NCBI GenBank assembly: GCA_002773395.1
Contig: PFBI01000006.1
Coordinates: 242,797 to 306,796 of the forward strand
Origin: Candidatus Kaiserbacteria bacterium CG10_big_fil_rev_8_21_14_0_10_47_16
Lineage (GTDB): Bacteria > Patescibacteriota > Minisyncoccia > Phycocordibacterales > UBA918
Reading direction: 5' to 3'
DNA length: 64,000 nt
Both the position numbers and the translations under genes were made by a program. Positions within the stretch are counted from its first letter, which is position 1. Each line of letters begins with the position of its first letter. Shown here piece after piece: positions 19,003 to 27,862 of this stretch. A model generated the notes under the pieces. The model ran no database searches. It was not told where the DNA came from and worked only from the letters and a program-made list of their open reading frames with translations.

Positions 19003-19190
19003 AGGTGTTAAAATTGCGAACGCAATGCTATATCTGACAAGATATAGCTGGAATATTTTCCGGCGGACGCCACCCTGATCGAACGAAAGAACTGTACTTC
19101 ACACAGAATACCACGCAAAAAATACTCAGGCAAATGTGTACAGAAAAAGCGCGGGCCAAAGGCCCACGCTTTTTCTCCCCCCTTTTTTTC

Positions 19191-19219
19191 ATTCTAGGTT
19201 AGTCTGACTAACCTAGAAT
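19191..19219. repeat. Palindromic repeat, copy 2
   Basis: 14-bp perfect arms around one central T; core identical to 559-585. Confidence 0.85.
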
Positions 19220-19225
19220 AGATGG

Positions 19226-19699
19226 TTAGCCTTTGAGGTAGAGTTCAAAGTCTTCAGGAGTTTCCCCTTCTCCCGCTGGTACGAGATTGAGTTCAACCTC
19301 TTGTCCCATGAACCGAGCTTTGATAACCGCCTCAGCACTTGCGTCAAATGAGACCTTGAATCGCTGCGGAGTAATTGCCTGCACACACGTCTCTGACGTG
19401 TTGATGACATTGAAGTCAATAGTCACTTGCTCCGGCATCGATTCTGCTACCGTTGCCTGCCCGTCGAGAAGGTCACACGGTGTTGGCATATCGATTTCCC
19501 CTGCAACCGTATGCGTTCCGTCTATGTAGAAATGCTTTGCATCAATACGCGTAATACCGTATGGATTCTCTGTCGGTGTCTGGTCTTCCACTGGCGCATC
19601 TTCTTTTGCATTGTTCTTATTGACGTACACGAGCACAAAAAGTCCAACGACAATCAGTACAAAAGCAATCCCCCCTACAATCATATTTTTTGGATACAT
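19226..19699 (-). CDS. Hypothetical membrane-anchored protein
   Basis: N-terminal TM, PTPC...C.Q.IT pair in a small beta-rich domain. Confidence 0.75.
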   Translation of the reverse strand: MYPKNMIVGGIAFVLIVVGLFVLVYVNKNNAKEDAPVEDQTPTENPYGITRIDAKHFYIDGTHTVAGEIDMPTPCDLLDGQATVAESMPEQVTIDFNVINTSETCVQAITPQRFKVSFDASAEAVIKARFMGQEVELNLVPAGEGETPEDFELYLKG

Positions 19700-19738
19700 A
19701 TAGAGTCAATAATAGCGAATATATCTTAGTATACCATA

Positions 19739-20818
19739 TTAGGCTTCTGCCTCGGGTTCTGCTTTTTTAGGAGTTTTCTTGGCCACTTTCCGAACCGCCT
19801 TCTTTGTCGCTTTCTTCTTTGCTACTTTCTTTTTTGCGGGAGCCTTTTTAACGGTTGCTGCTTTTGCTTTCTTTTGGAATTGTTCAATATTTCGATACAA
19901 CTCAGCGCGAAGTGTCGCGAAGTTATCTTCTGCATGTTTATAGGCTGCTGCCATTTCACGAATGTGCGCGTCTACGAGTTTTTGATATCGGCGTCGTTCT
20001 GCACGAATCACAAAGAAGAGACAAGCGATTATAATCATTCCGAGTAAGAGGATGAGGTCGCTCGTTCGCAATGACTGCATTTTGAAAAACGACATACTGA
20101 CACCGTACTGTGCAACCTGTGTTTCAGGAACATTTAATGCTGTCGTCGTCGTACTGGTGTTGCCCGCACCATCGTGCGCAACAACCATAAGCGTATGGCT
20201 CCCCGGAGTAACGGCGTCGAGTAAGTACCCGTTCACAACATCTGCTGCCGATACTGTTGTAAGCGGCGTACCGTCGAGGGTAAGTTCGTAACGTGCTACA
20301 CCAGAACCTGCGTCAGTTGTATTAAATATAAGTACTGGTGATCCGTCAGTATCCTCAATAGCGACCGAGGTAACCTTCGGTGCGGTAACATCGATCTGGA
20401 TACGGTAGTACCCAACTGCGCCCCATCCCGCATCATTCTTAAATTGCACCGCGAGGTACTGCACTCCTTCATGGAGGTCGGTGGCATCAAGGGCCACCTT
20501 ATTCACCAATGAACTAGCAGAACTGCTTGGCGCTTGGTCTGGTGTGTCCATGAGTTCGTAGGCAACCTTTGTCGCGCCAGCGGGAATATTCCACCAAACC
20601 GTCCCTGATTCTCCTTGTTGCCAACCATCTTCTGGACCAAAGTCATCTGAGCAAATAGTTGGGGCTGCAGGTGTGCCGTCGTCTGAAGTAGATTCAAACA
20701 ACACTTCTTCCATGCACGGTGGTGTAGATTCTTGTGCACGTGCAAGTGTCACAAATCCAAACGCGAGGCTTGCGCTGAGAGTGATGCTGAGAATAGTGAT
20801 AGTGTTGCGTAAGAGCAT
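19739..20818 (-). CDS. Surface protein: signal peptide, Ig-like repeats, TM helix, Lys/Ala-rich tail
   Basis: ID.TAP, D.GSGVARYE, AHDGAGN Ig-like motifs; KKAPAKKKVAKKK tail. Confidence 0.75.
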   Translation of the reverse strand: MLLRNTITILSITLSASLAFGFVTLARAQESTPPCMEEVLFESTSDDGTPAAPTICSDDFGPEDGWQQGESGTVWWNIPAGATKVAYELMDTPDQAPSSSASSLVNKVALDATDLHEGVQYLAVQFKNDAGWGAVGYYRIQIDVTAPKVTSVAIEDTDGSPVLIFNTTDAGSGVARYELTLDGTPLTTVSAADVVNGYLLDAVTPGSHTLMVVAHDGAGNTSTTTTALNVPETQVAQYGVSMSFFKMQSLRTSDLILLLGMIIIACLFFVIRAERRRYQKLVDAHIREMAAAYKHAEDNFATLRAELYRNIEQFQKKAKAATVKKAPAKKKVAKKKATKKAVRKVAKKTPKKAEPEAEA

Positions 20819-20953
20819 AAAGAACGGTTACCTCCAACTCCTTTCGTCATCTGTATAAAACAATAATAAACTATTTTCATTTTAAGAACATCGACTTGTA
20901 CACAAAACGCACGATGCGAAGCATCGTGCGTTTTGTTTCTCACACTTTATTTT

Positions 20954-21940
20954 TTAAATAATTGTGACACCTGCCGTTAGTGCAACGTGAATATAAAAGA
21001 GAAGTGCCATCGCTGCCAAGAGTCCCCCACCGTACGCAATCTGAATCGGATGTTGCTTTCGCCACTCCATCACAATTGAAAGAATGAGTGACGCGGCAAC
21101 AAAGAGCGCGAGGAGTGCGTAGAGAATTTGCAACATTGTATTCGGGTTGGTGGCAATGCGGCCAAAGATACCTGCGGCTGCTGTTGGCGCTTCGATACCT
21201 GTTCCGGTGCCAAGCGAGCTGGCTTCTGCGTCGCGAGACGTCGTGGCAAGATCTGAATAGCGTGCAGGAGTATCAGTAGTGTCTCCAAGGGCTTCCGGAG
21301 CTACTGTCTGTGCGGCAGGGATTGCTGTCGCAACAGGCGCTGCGACACTCTCTCCAGCAACTGTCTGTGTTCGAAGTGGTGTTGAGGCTGGTGTGCCGAA
21401 AAACTGAACGACAAATACCGTGTCATATCCTTCGTATGTCCCCTTTGCCGTACCGACACCTATTTCAGTAAAATCGCCGTTTAAAATATTTGCGCGGTGA
21501 CCTGGTGAACTCATCCATGCATCAACCACATCTTCTGAGTCGGTGAAGTACACCGCAAGATTTTCTCCTGCGTGTACGAAGTTGTATCCTGACTCATCAA
21601 ACCAAAACCACGGTGCAACACCTTCAGGAGAGTAGTGCGCGAAGTATCCTTCCTTCGCCATATCGTTTGCTTTTTGCTGTGCAGCCTCATCGAGAACACT
21701 ACTGCGACGCAGTGTACCGACAGCTTCACTGCCCCGCGCTTCGTTTGTGAGGTCGACAATGACTGCAGGCAAAATAGTAGATACCAGCCAGTCAGAACTC
21801 ATCCAGAGAAATGACTGAATGTTCGCGAGCGAAAACGAAATAAGAATCAGTATCGCCATGACGGCAACTGACATTTTCTGCAGAACGTGTGGACGATATT
21901 TGTTTTCTTCACACGGAATGAAGTACGGACGTGGTCGCAT
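20954..21940 (-). CDS. CAP (SCP-like) domain membrane protein
   Basis: LTNEAR, KANDMAKEGYFAH, AGENLA, WMSSPGHRANIL, VVQFFG; C-terminal TM helices. Confidence 0.92.
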   Translation of the reverse strand: MRPRPYFIPCEENKYRPHVLQKMSVAVMAILILISFSLANIQSFLWMSSDWLVSTILPAVIVDLTNEARGSEAVGTLRRSSVLDEAAQQKANDMAKEGYFAHYSPEGVAPWFWFDESGYNFVHAGENLAVYFTDSEDVVDAWMSSPGHRANILNGDFTEIGVGTAKGTYEGYDTVFVVQFFGTPASTPLRTQTVAGESVAAPVATAIPAAQTVAPEALGDTTDTPARYSDLATTSRDAEASSLGTGTGIEAPTAAAGIFGRIATNPNTMLQILYALLALFVAASLILSIVMEWRKQHPIQIAYGGGLLAAMALLFYIHVALTAGVTII

Positions 21941-22041
21941 AATGTCGTGAATATACTATGTTTTATTGGGTTTGTCAATGGTTATCCCCACTCTGTGAAA
22001 AGAAAAGACCGGCCTTCGGCCGGTCTTTTCTTTTCGCCCTA

Positions 22042-23472
22042 CTACACACTCGAATCATCAAAGAAGAGGAGAATGATTGATCCGGCTGCAATCACCACAA
22101 ATGGCCATGCAACACAGAGTATCGGCGTAAAGGAGCCGAGAATCAACACCACGATCGATGCTGCTGCGAAGTAGAGGTTGCGAATACGCGGATTCCACAT
22201 CGGAGAGAGTATGTGGTGTCCTCGGTAATCGAGTACAGTCGCCGCAAGCCACGCAAGGACGAAGACCCACCAGTATGCGCCTGCAAAGCCGAAGTAAATA
22301 CCGAGCAGAACCGCGATTGTGTACAATGCATCAAAGATAACGCCACGGGTAAAGATTCGCGCAAAGAGTGCTGGTGGGTGACGAAGCTTGTCGTCAATCA
22401 CCGTCCAGAGGAATGACATTGCTGCCAAAATGAGAAGCCACCACGGTACGCATGCTGCAGTGTCGGTCATTGCCGATTTCACCGCATCAATAATATTCGC
22501 AGCAAGACCTTCTACGAGACCTTCCGGACTTGCAGTACCTTCATCTCCTGTTGAAGTGCTTGCACCAAGTACATCTCCAAACGGAGCCCCGCCGCCAACT
22601 CCAAAGAAGTTACCACCTGTCGGCAACGTGAAGGTAAGCGCAATGCCCACGGTAAAGTCATCACTAATATCTTCACGCGATGCTGGTCGACATTCATAGG
22701 TTCCCGGTGTAAGACCGGTGAGTACCGCAGTGTGATCCACCACTTTCGCAGTATCTTCACTTACTTCAAACTCATAGCCAAAGAAATCAGATTGATCGGT
22801 ATTGAGAACAAACGGACCGTTCGCTGTATTGCCGCAGACAAGGTACGTCGTCGAATTTCTATTTGTATCCCATGAAAGTACGGCCCCACCAACGTCGGTG
22901 TTTACCACATCTACTTGTTCATTAAAGAGAATGAATCGTGAGCTTCCGCCGCCGCCGCCACCTCCTCCCCCGCCGCCGCAGTCAGTTACACATTCGTTAT
23001 CCGTCACTGAATCTCCACCTTCAAATCCAACAATGAGATCAAATCCCATACTGCTCTTTTGATATGCGTTCCCTGTACTACTATCGAGTGACGCAGTAAA
23101 GGTGTAGGTACGAGTTGCCCCCGCACCGAGCGTTCCGAGTGATACCGGCGTTGCGGCAAAGAAATTGATGAACGTATCGTTGAAGTAGCTTGTCGGTGAA
23201 CTATCGGTAATTGAAAGTTCCATCACATCGGCAAGACCATTGTTTGACGCTTTATCGATAGAGACGTAGACGTTCTCTATCTCCGTACCATTGTTCGTCA
23301 CGACGACCGTACGACTCACACTGTCCCCCGGTGTTACGTTACTGTTGCTAAAGAGTGGCGTTTGCTCAAATACCACACTGAGGGTTGCTGCTTCTGCTGC
23401 AACCGGCATGAATGCGAGCGCGAGAAAAGCGAGCGTAAGAAGAATATGCTGTTGTAGTGTGCGCGTTATCAT
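22042..23472 (-). CDS. Putative membrane anchor: signal peptide, TasA-like domain, poly-Gly linker, beta-domain, about 5 TM helices
   Basis: NVTPGDSVSRTVVVTNNG...RTYTFTASLD...GNAYQ resembles the TasA/camelysin core; start overlaps the upstream stop (ATGA). Confidence 0.6.
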   Translation of the reverse strand: MITRTLQQHILLTLAFLALAFMPVAAEAATLSVVFEQTPLFSNSNVTPGDSVSRTVVVTNNGTEIENVYVSIDKASNNGLADVMELSITDSSPTSYFNDTFINFFAATPVSLGTLGAGATRTYTFTASLDSSTGNAYQKSSMGFDLIVGFEGGDSVTDNECVTDCGGGGGGGGGGGSSRFILFNEQVDVVNTDVGGAVLSWDTNRNSTTYLVCGNTANGPFVLNTDQSDFFGYEFEVSEDTAKVVDHTAVLTGLTPGTYECRPASREDISDDFTVGIALTFTLPTGGNFFGVGGGAPFGDVLGASTSTGDEGTASPEGLVEGLAANIIDAVKSAMTDTAACVPWWLLILAAMSFLWTVIDDKLRHPPALFARIFTRGVIFDALYTIAVLLGIYFGFAGAYWWVFVLAWLAATVLDYRGHHILSPMWNPRIRNLYFAAASIVVLILGSFTPILCVAWPFVVIAAGSIILLFFDDSSV

Positions 23473-25187
23473 ACTGTTTCAGTTATATTTTCAACCGGTG
23501 TTTCTGCAGGAACATCTACTGGTTCTTTTGCAGGAGCCTCTTCGACTACCGGTTCCTCTGCAGGTACTTCCTCTTCTTCAGTCACCGGTACCTCTTCTTC
23601 TGCTACAACCTCCTCCTCTGCTGGAGCAGACTCCTCTTCAGTAGAAGTGGTCGTTTCTTCCGTTGGTGTTGTCTCTTCTTCGACAACCGGTGTTTCTTCG
23701 CTCGGAGTCTCAACACTTTCATCAGATGTTACCACCTCTTCTTCAGAGGTTCCGTCAGTCGGAGTTTCCGTTCCTGCATCTTCTTTCGGAGTAGCTCCTG
23801 ACCCAGTGCCTGCACCATTTGTGGAATCTCCGGAATCGTCACTACTTTCAGTTTGTGTAATTCCTTCGTCTACAACCACAATCTCTTCTGGTTTATTAGC
23901 GTACTCATTTTCAGTATCAGCCGTCTCGTCGTCGACTGGCTCTTCTTCTGTTTCCACAACTGGCTGCACCTTATTCAACTCACCAACCGCGACACCGAGT
24001 GCGAGGAGTGCGAGCTCTTCCTTCGTTAAATCATTCTCTGTATTTGGTATACCTGGTGTTGGAATTGGGTCCACCCATGCACCTATCCCGTCAGGAATAC
24101 GTGCGTATGATTTATTGTCAGGGACTGTTGCTCCCGGAGTGCAGTCGATACCGCCGCCACTCGGAACAGAATTATTGCCACCACCCGGTGTTGGCGTGAA
24201 GTAACAATAGTCGTAGTCACTTGTGTACGCGTACGAATCTTGAAGTACATCACTTGGGTTATAAAGCTTCACCGTATCACCAGTGTTATTCAAGATAGGC
24301 TTATTCATGTACACCACGAGGAATCCGTTTGCTGGAATGGTTGTTGTTGCAGCGTGTGTAAGATCAACATGTATGGTATTCCCCGCACCACCTGATGCGT
24401 CAACGACATACCATCCCGTAAGGTCAATTGCTGCTGCACTGAGGTTATAGAGCTCTACCCACTCTCCTTGTGGCATATCCGCGCTGTCGTTCCCGTAGTC
24501 AAAAATAAAGTCTGGATCCCTTGAGTCACAACTGTCATTCTCAGGGTCACTACAGAGTGGTCCGTGGGGACTTGGGAGGAATTCATTGAGTACGACAGGG
24601 TGCGCAACTCCTTCCGGTCCAGAGTCTTGTGTATTAATCGTAATACGAAGTTTTTCAACATCGAAGAATCCTGAGTTTGCTTGAATATCTACTCCATCAA
24701 GCCACGCACTAAAGATAAGATCAAACGTACATTCAGTATCAACAGGCGCTACAAATCCGTCAGTGACGGTAATGAACGAGTTCCAGAGACCGTAATCATT
24801 TGTCGGCGTTGTATCGGTGAGTGCGAGCGGTCCGCTGTATGTTGTTGTTCCATGTGCTGCATTCAATGAGAGTGCGCTGCAAACAGATTCATCTCCGCTT
24901 ACAAACTCATACGAGAGTGCGTATTTTGCGTCAATACTTCCTGAAACCAATGCAACGTTTGTATCAAATTGTACTTCATCGGCAGGTTCATTCGTAATTA
25001 CCCCTTCAAATTCATTCATTGAGAGTTCGATATCAAGGAAGCCTGCACTCCAACTATTGATACCTCCTGTTTCAGTGTCACTAAAAAACGCAAATGCTGC
25101 CGTCGGTGCAATGAGCGTAACGCAGAGAAGCGCCGCAATCGCTGCGCTTAGGTATGTGGTTACTCGTGTATGTAATATATGTTTCAT
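23469..25187 (-). CDS. SipW-class secreted protein with lamin-tail domain and acidic Glu/Thr/Pro tail
   Basis: AFA-FFSDTE...SAGFLD signal/N-strand; VVLNEFLP..GEWVELYN..LNNTGDTV..SYARIPDG..PTPG LTD motifs. Confidence 0.85.
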   Translation of the reverse strand: MKHILHTRVTTYLSAAIAALLCVTLIAPTAAFAFFSDTETGGINSWSAGFLDIELSMNEFEGVITNEPADEVQFDTNVALVSGSIDAKYALSYEFVSGDESVCSALSLNAAHGTTTYSGPLALTDTTPTNDYGLWNSFITVTDGFVAPVDTECTFDLIFSAWLDGVDIQANSGFFDVEKLRITINTQDSGPEGVAHPVVLNEFLPSPHGPLCSDPENDSCDSRDPDFIFDYGNDSADMPQGEWVELYNLSAAAIDLTGWYVVDASGGAGNTIHVDLTHAATTTIPANGFLVVYMNKPILNNTGDTVKLYNPSDVLQDSYAYTSDYDYCYFTPTPGGGNNSVPSGGGIDCTPGATVPDNKSYARIPDGIGAWVDPIPTPGIPNTENDLTKEELALLALGVAVGELNKVQPVVETEEEPVDDETADTENEYANKPEEIVVVDEGITQTESSDDSGDSTNGAGTGSGATPKEDAGTETPTDGTSEEEVVTSDESVETPSEETPVVEEETTPTEETTTSTEEESAPAEEEVVAEEEVPVTEEEEVPAEEPVVEEAPAKEPVDVPAETPVENITETV

Positions 25188-25213
25188 AAATGTGATTCTG
25201 CGTTGGGATCCTA

Positions 25214-25738
25214 CTACTCAGAAGCCTCTTCATCTTTTTTGCGAAACTCTCGCACAAGCGTACGTGCTTCATCAATGAATACGAGGGCTGCCGGGAGAAC
25301 AATGATGAGAATGAAGCCGAGTGGCTTCCGCGCGAAATCAATGATGTGCCCAATGTACGGGATATCAAAGATGACTTCGCCCGTGATCTTCGATGCGGGA
25401 GTCGGCGTAATATCAGCCTCCTCGTTGGCATCACCCTTTGTGGTGTACATCAACTCTCCCTTTGTAATAGTTTCCGCAATAATACGGTGTGTCGTCGGAA
25501 CGCGTGTTTTGGTATCTTCACCAAATGTCACCACATCACCAACGCGGTATGAACCTGTCGGATAAATAAGGACAAGCGCACCCGTTTTTATTGCCGGCTC
25601 CATAGAACCCGATTGGACGATTTTGATTGAGTAGTCTCCAAAGAGCGGTACCTTGGTACCAATGAGAAGTACCCCAATCAGAATAATAAATCCAATAAAG
25701 AATCCGTAAGCTATTTTTGAAAAGAGCGCTGTGTTCAT
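25214..25738 (-). CDS. sipW: Signal peptidase I, SipW/ER type
   Basis: VQSGSMEP, GDVVTF, THRI, TKGDAN..D, IPYIG (Ser-His type) with N- and C-terminal TMs. Confidence 0.9.
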   Translation of the reverse strand: MNTALFSKIAYGFFIGFIILIGVLLIGTKVPLFGDYSIKIVQSGSMEPAIKTGALVLIYPTGSYRVGDVVTFGEDTKTRVPTTHRIIAETITKGELMYTTKGDANEEADITPTPASKITGEVIFDIPYIGHIIDFARKPLGFILIIVLPAALVFIDEARTLVREFRKKDEEASE

Positions 25739-25748
25739 TATGTTCTTC

Positions 25749-25798
25749 AGGATTTCCATCCTGACCCCAACCCCCGAGTATTCGGGAGTTGTTCGTCA
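25749..25798 (-). repeat. 50-nt structured element after tasA-like gene 2
   Basis: 44/50 identical to 27800-27849, with a compensatory base-pair change. Confidence 0.8.
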
Positions 25799-25805
25799 GA
25801 AAAGA

Positions 25806-27761
25806 TTATTCGAAGTCTGAGATTTGACCGTCAAAGTTGATCCAGTCAACGTAACCAGTTTCACCCGCAGGTCCTGGGTGTCCTACACGTATTCCAAACC
25901 ATGAATCGGTTGATCGTGTTTCTGCGTTTGGATAGTTCGCAAGAATGTCCGCCCATGTACGTGGTGTAGAGCCTGGTGTTGTACCTGTGTTATCTACTGC
26001 ACCTGCTGGCCAATTGCCACCAGAAAGTGTCCACATTCCTGCAAGGGCGTCCACTGTTGTCCATGTATTTGCCGTTACACCAGTTGGAACCTGCACAAGA
26101 CGTCGCTGCCATGTATCAGAATTATCGAAGTCGACGTTGAAGTGCAGATACGGAGTCTCGCCTGAAACTGATCCGTCATACATACGGTATGACAGCGTTC
26201 CAATATCAGAGAGCTTCACGTCGTTATAACGATAGGTCGCGATGTTATAACGTGCAGCAGCCTCATGGAGCACCATCTTTGCTGCTCCTGAACCAGCAAC
26301 GGCTTCAAAGTGGTTTTCACCACCTGAACCACTGAACTGGTCGATGCTCATAACTGTATCGTTGGTGTCATTGTAGAAGAACCATGCGCCACTTACTTTT
26401 GCGGCAACTTTGTCACCTGTTTCAAGATCATCTTCGGCAACTTCATTTTCATTGCCTCCACCATTTTGATCATCTCCAATGTGGATGTTCTCACACTGGA
26501 ATGAACCATTGTTTCGAACTTGCTCTGCGTATGCAGTAAGAGACGCGGTGAATGAATCACTCATTGCATCGTTATGCATCGTTGATCCGTCACAACCGAA
26601 TGCATTATCGATGTTTGCACTGATTGTACCCGCACACCACGCAAGACCAACGTACCCTGTTGTCGTTGCGGTGAGATATTGTCCATTGTCTGAATCGAGA
26701 CTTGCGATACTACCGAGGTTTCCGAGTGTTGATTCTCCAAGAGAAGTTTCACCAGTCTCATATACTCCGTCAGCGTCAGTATCAAGCCATGAGAAGAACG
26801 TAATGTAGTCCTGTAGTTCACCGTCTTGATCATCATCACCGTACTTTGCTTCTGGTTCCATGATGTCGTTTTCCGCATCCTCTCCATCATGTGCAATGAG
26901 ACATGTGTATGCATCGTTGTCGAACACGTGAAGTGAGATAACGTTTGTTCCAAGGTCTCCTGGCTTCACATCATTGAAGGTGAAGAATGTTTGATCCGTA
27001 AGATCTGTCTCTTCCCAAAGTTGGCACTGCCAAACGTCTGAAGGAATGCCATCGATATCTTCATTATCGCAGTGAAGTGCTCGTACCGCATCAAGATCAA
27101 AACCGTCAGCGTCACTGTTATGCAGCGTTGGATCAGTCGTGTCAGTAATACGAACGTAGTAGACCAATGGTGCATTTCCGTCGAGGTCAATTTCGATAGT
27201 CCCGTCAAACGTAACTGATGAAGGACTTACGTCAACAGTCGTCCAGTCAGATCCATTTGGACTTACTTCGACTTTTACACTTTCATCAGGATACGCAGGT
27301 GAAGTTACACCTGTTGCTTCGTAGATTCGGAGATCATCTCCTGGACCGTCATCAATTCCGTCTGGGAAGTGGAGTACGATGCTGCCGCCAAATCCAAGAC
27401 TCACGAAGCCTGTTGGCGATACGTCCGGAGTACTTCCAGATGTATCTGCTGGGCCGGTGGCATCGTCTGGATTACTCCGTCCTGCAAGAACCGCATCTCC
27501 TCCCTTTCGCAATCCTTGGTTGAAAGAAGTTACTTCTTCAGCCCAACGATTACAACGCGTTGTACAGTCTTCGCCGTTATATGTTTGCTTGAGGTGGTCA
27601 ACCTTAAGATCGATAGAACCTGCGGTAAAGATGTTACCGGTTGAAGTTTCTGTATCGTTAAAGAACGCACCTGTTGCGCTAATAACGAGGGCGGCAATAG
27701 CCACAAGAAGGGCCGCGCTGAGTAATAATCGTTTTTTCGTTAAAATCTGGTTCATGGTCAT
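25806..27761 (-). CDS. TasA/camelysin-family protein 2 (SipW-class signal, inserted jelly-roll-like domain, extra C-terminal domain)
   Basis: ATGA-FFNDTETSTGNIFTAGSIDLKV, NDVKPGD core, Q.RNN end motif. Confidence 0.85.
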   Translation of the reverse strand: MTMNQILTKKRLLLSAALLVAIAALVISATGAFFNDTETSTGNIFTAGSIDLKVDHLKQTYNGEDCTTRCNRWAEEVTSFNQGLRKGGDAVLAGRSNPDDATGPADTSGSTPDVSPTGFVSLGFGGSIVLHFPDGIDDGPGDDLRIYEATGVTSPAYPDESVKVEVSPNGSDWTTVDVSPSSVTFDGTIEIDLDGNAPLVYYVRITDTTDPTLHNSDADGFDLDAVRALHCDNEDIDGIPSDVWQCQLWEETDLTDQTFFTFNDVKPGDLGTNVISLHVFDNDAYTCLIAHDGEDAENDIMEPEAKYGDDDQDGELQDYITFFSWLDTDADGVYETGETSLGESTLGNLGSIASLDSDNGQYLTATTTGYVGLAWCAGTISANIDNAFGCDGSTMHNDAMSDSFTASLTAYAEQVRNNGSFQCENIHIGDDQNGGGNENEVAEDDLETGDKVAAKVSGAWFFYNDTNDTVMSIDQFSGSGGENHFEAVAGSGAAKMVLHEAAARYNIATYRYNDVKLSDIGTLSYRMYDGSVSGETPYLHFNVDFDNSDTWQRRLVQVPTGVTANTWTTVDALAGMWTLSGGNWPAGAVDNTGTTPGSTPRTWADILANYPNAETRSTDSWFGIRVGHPGPAGETGYVDWINFDGQISDFE

Positions 27762-27799
27762 AAATAAAGTTTTATTTTTAGATCAAGTAACGTTATTCT

Positions 27800-27849
27800 A
27801 GGATTTACATCCTGACCCCAAACCCCGAATACTCGGGGTTTGTTCGTCA
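27800..27849 (-). repeat. 50-nt structured element after tasA-like gene 1
   Basis: Near-identical to 25749-25798. Confidence 0.8.
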
Positions 27850-27862
27850 AGAAATAGTCTTG

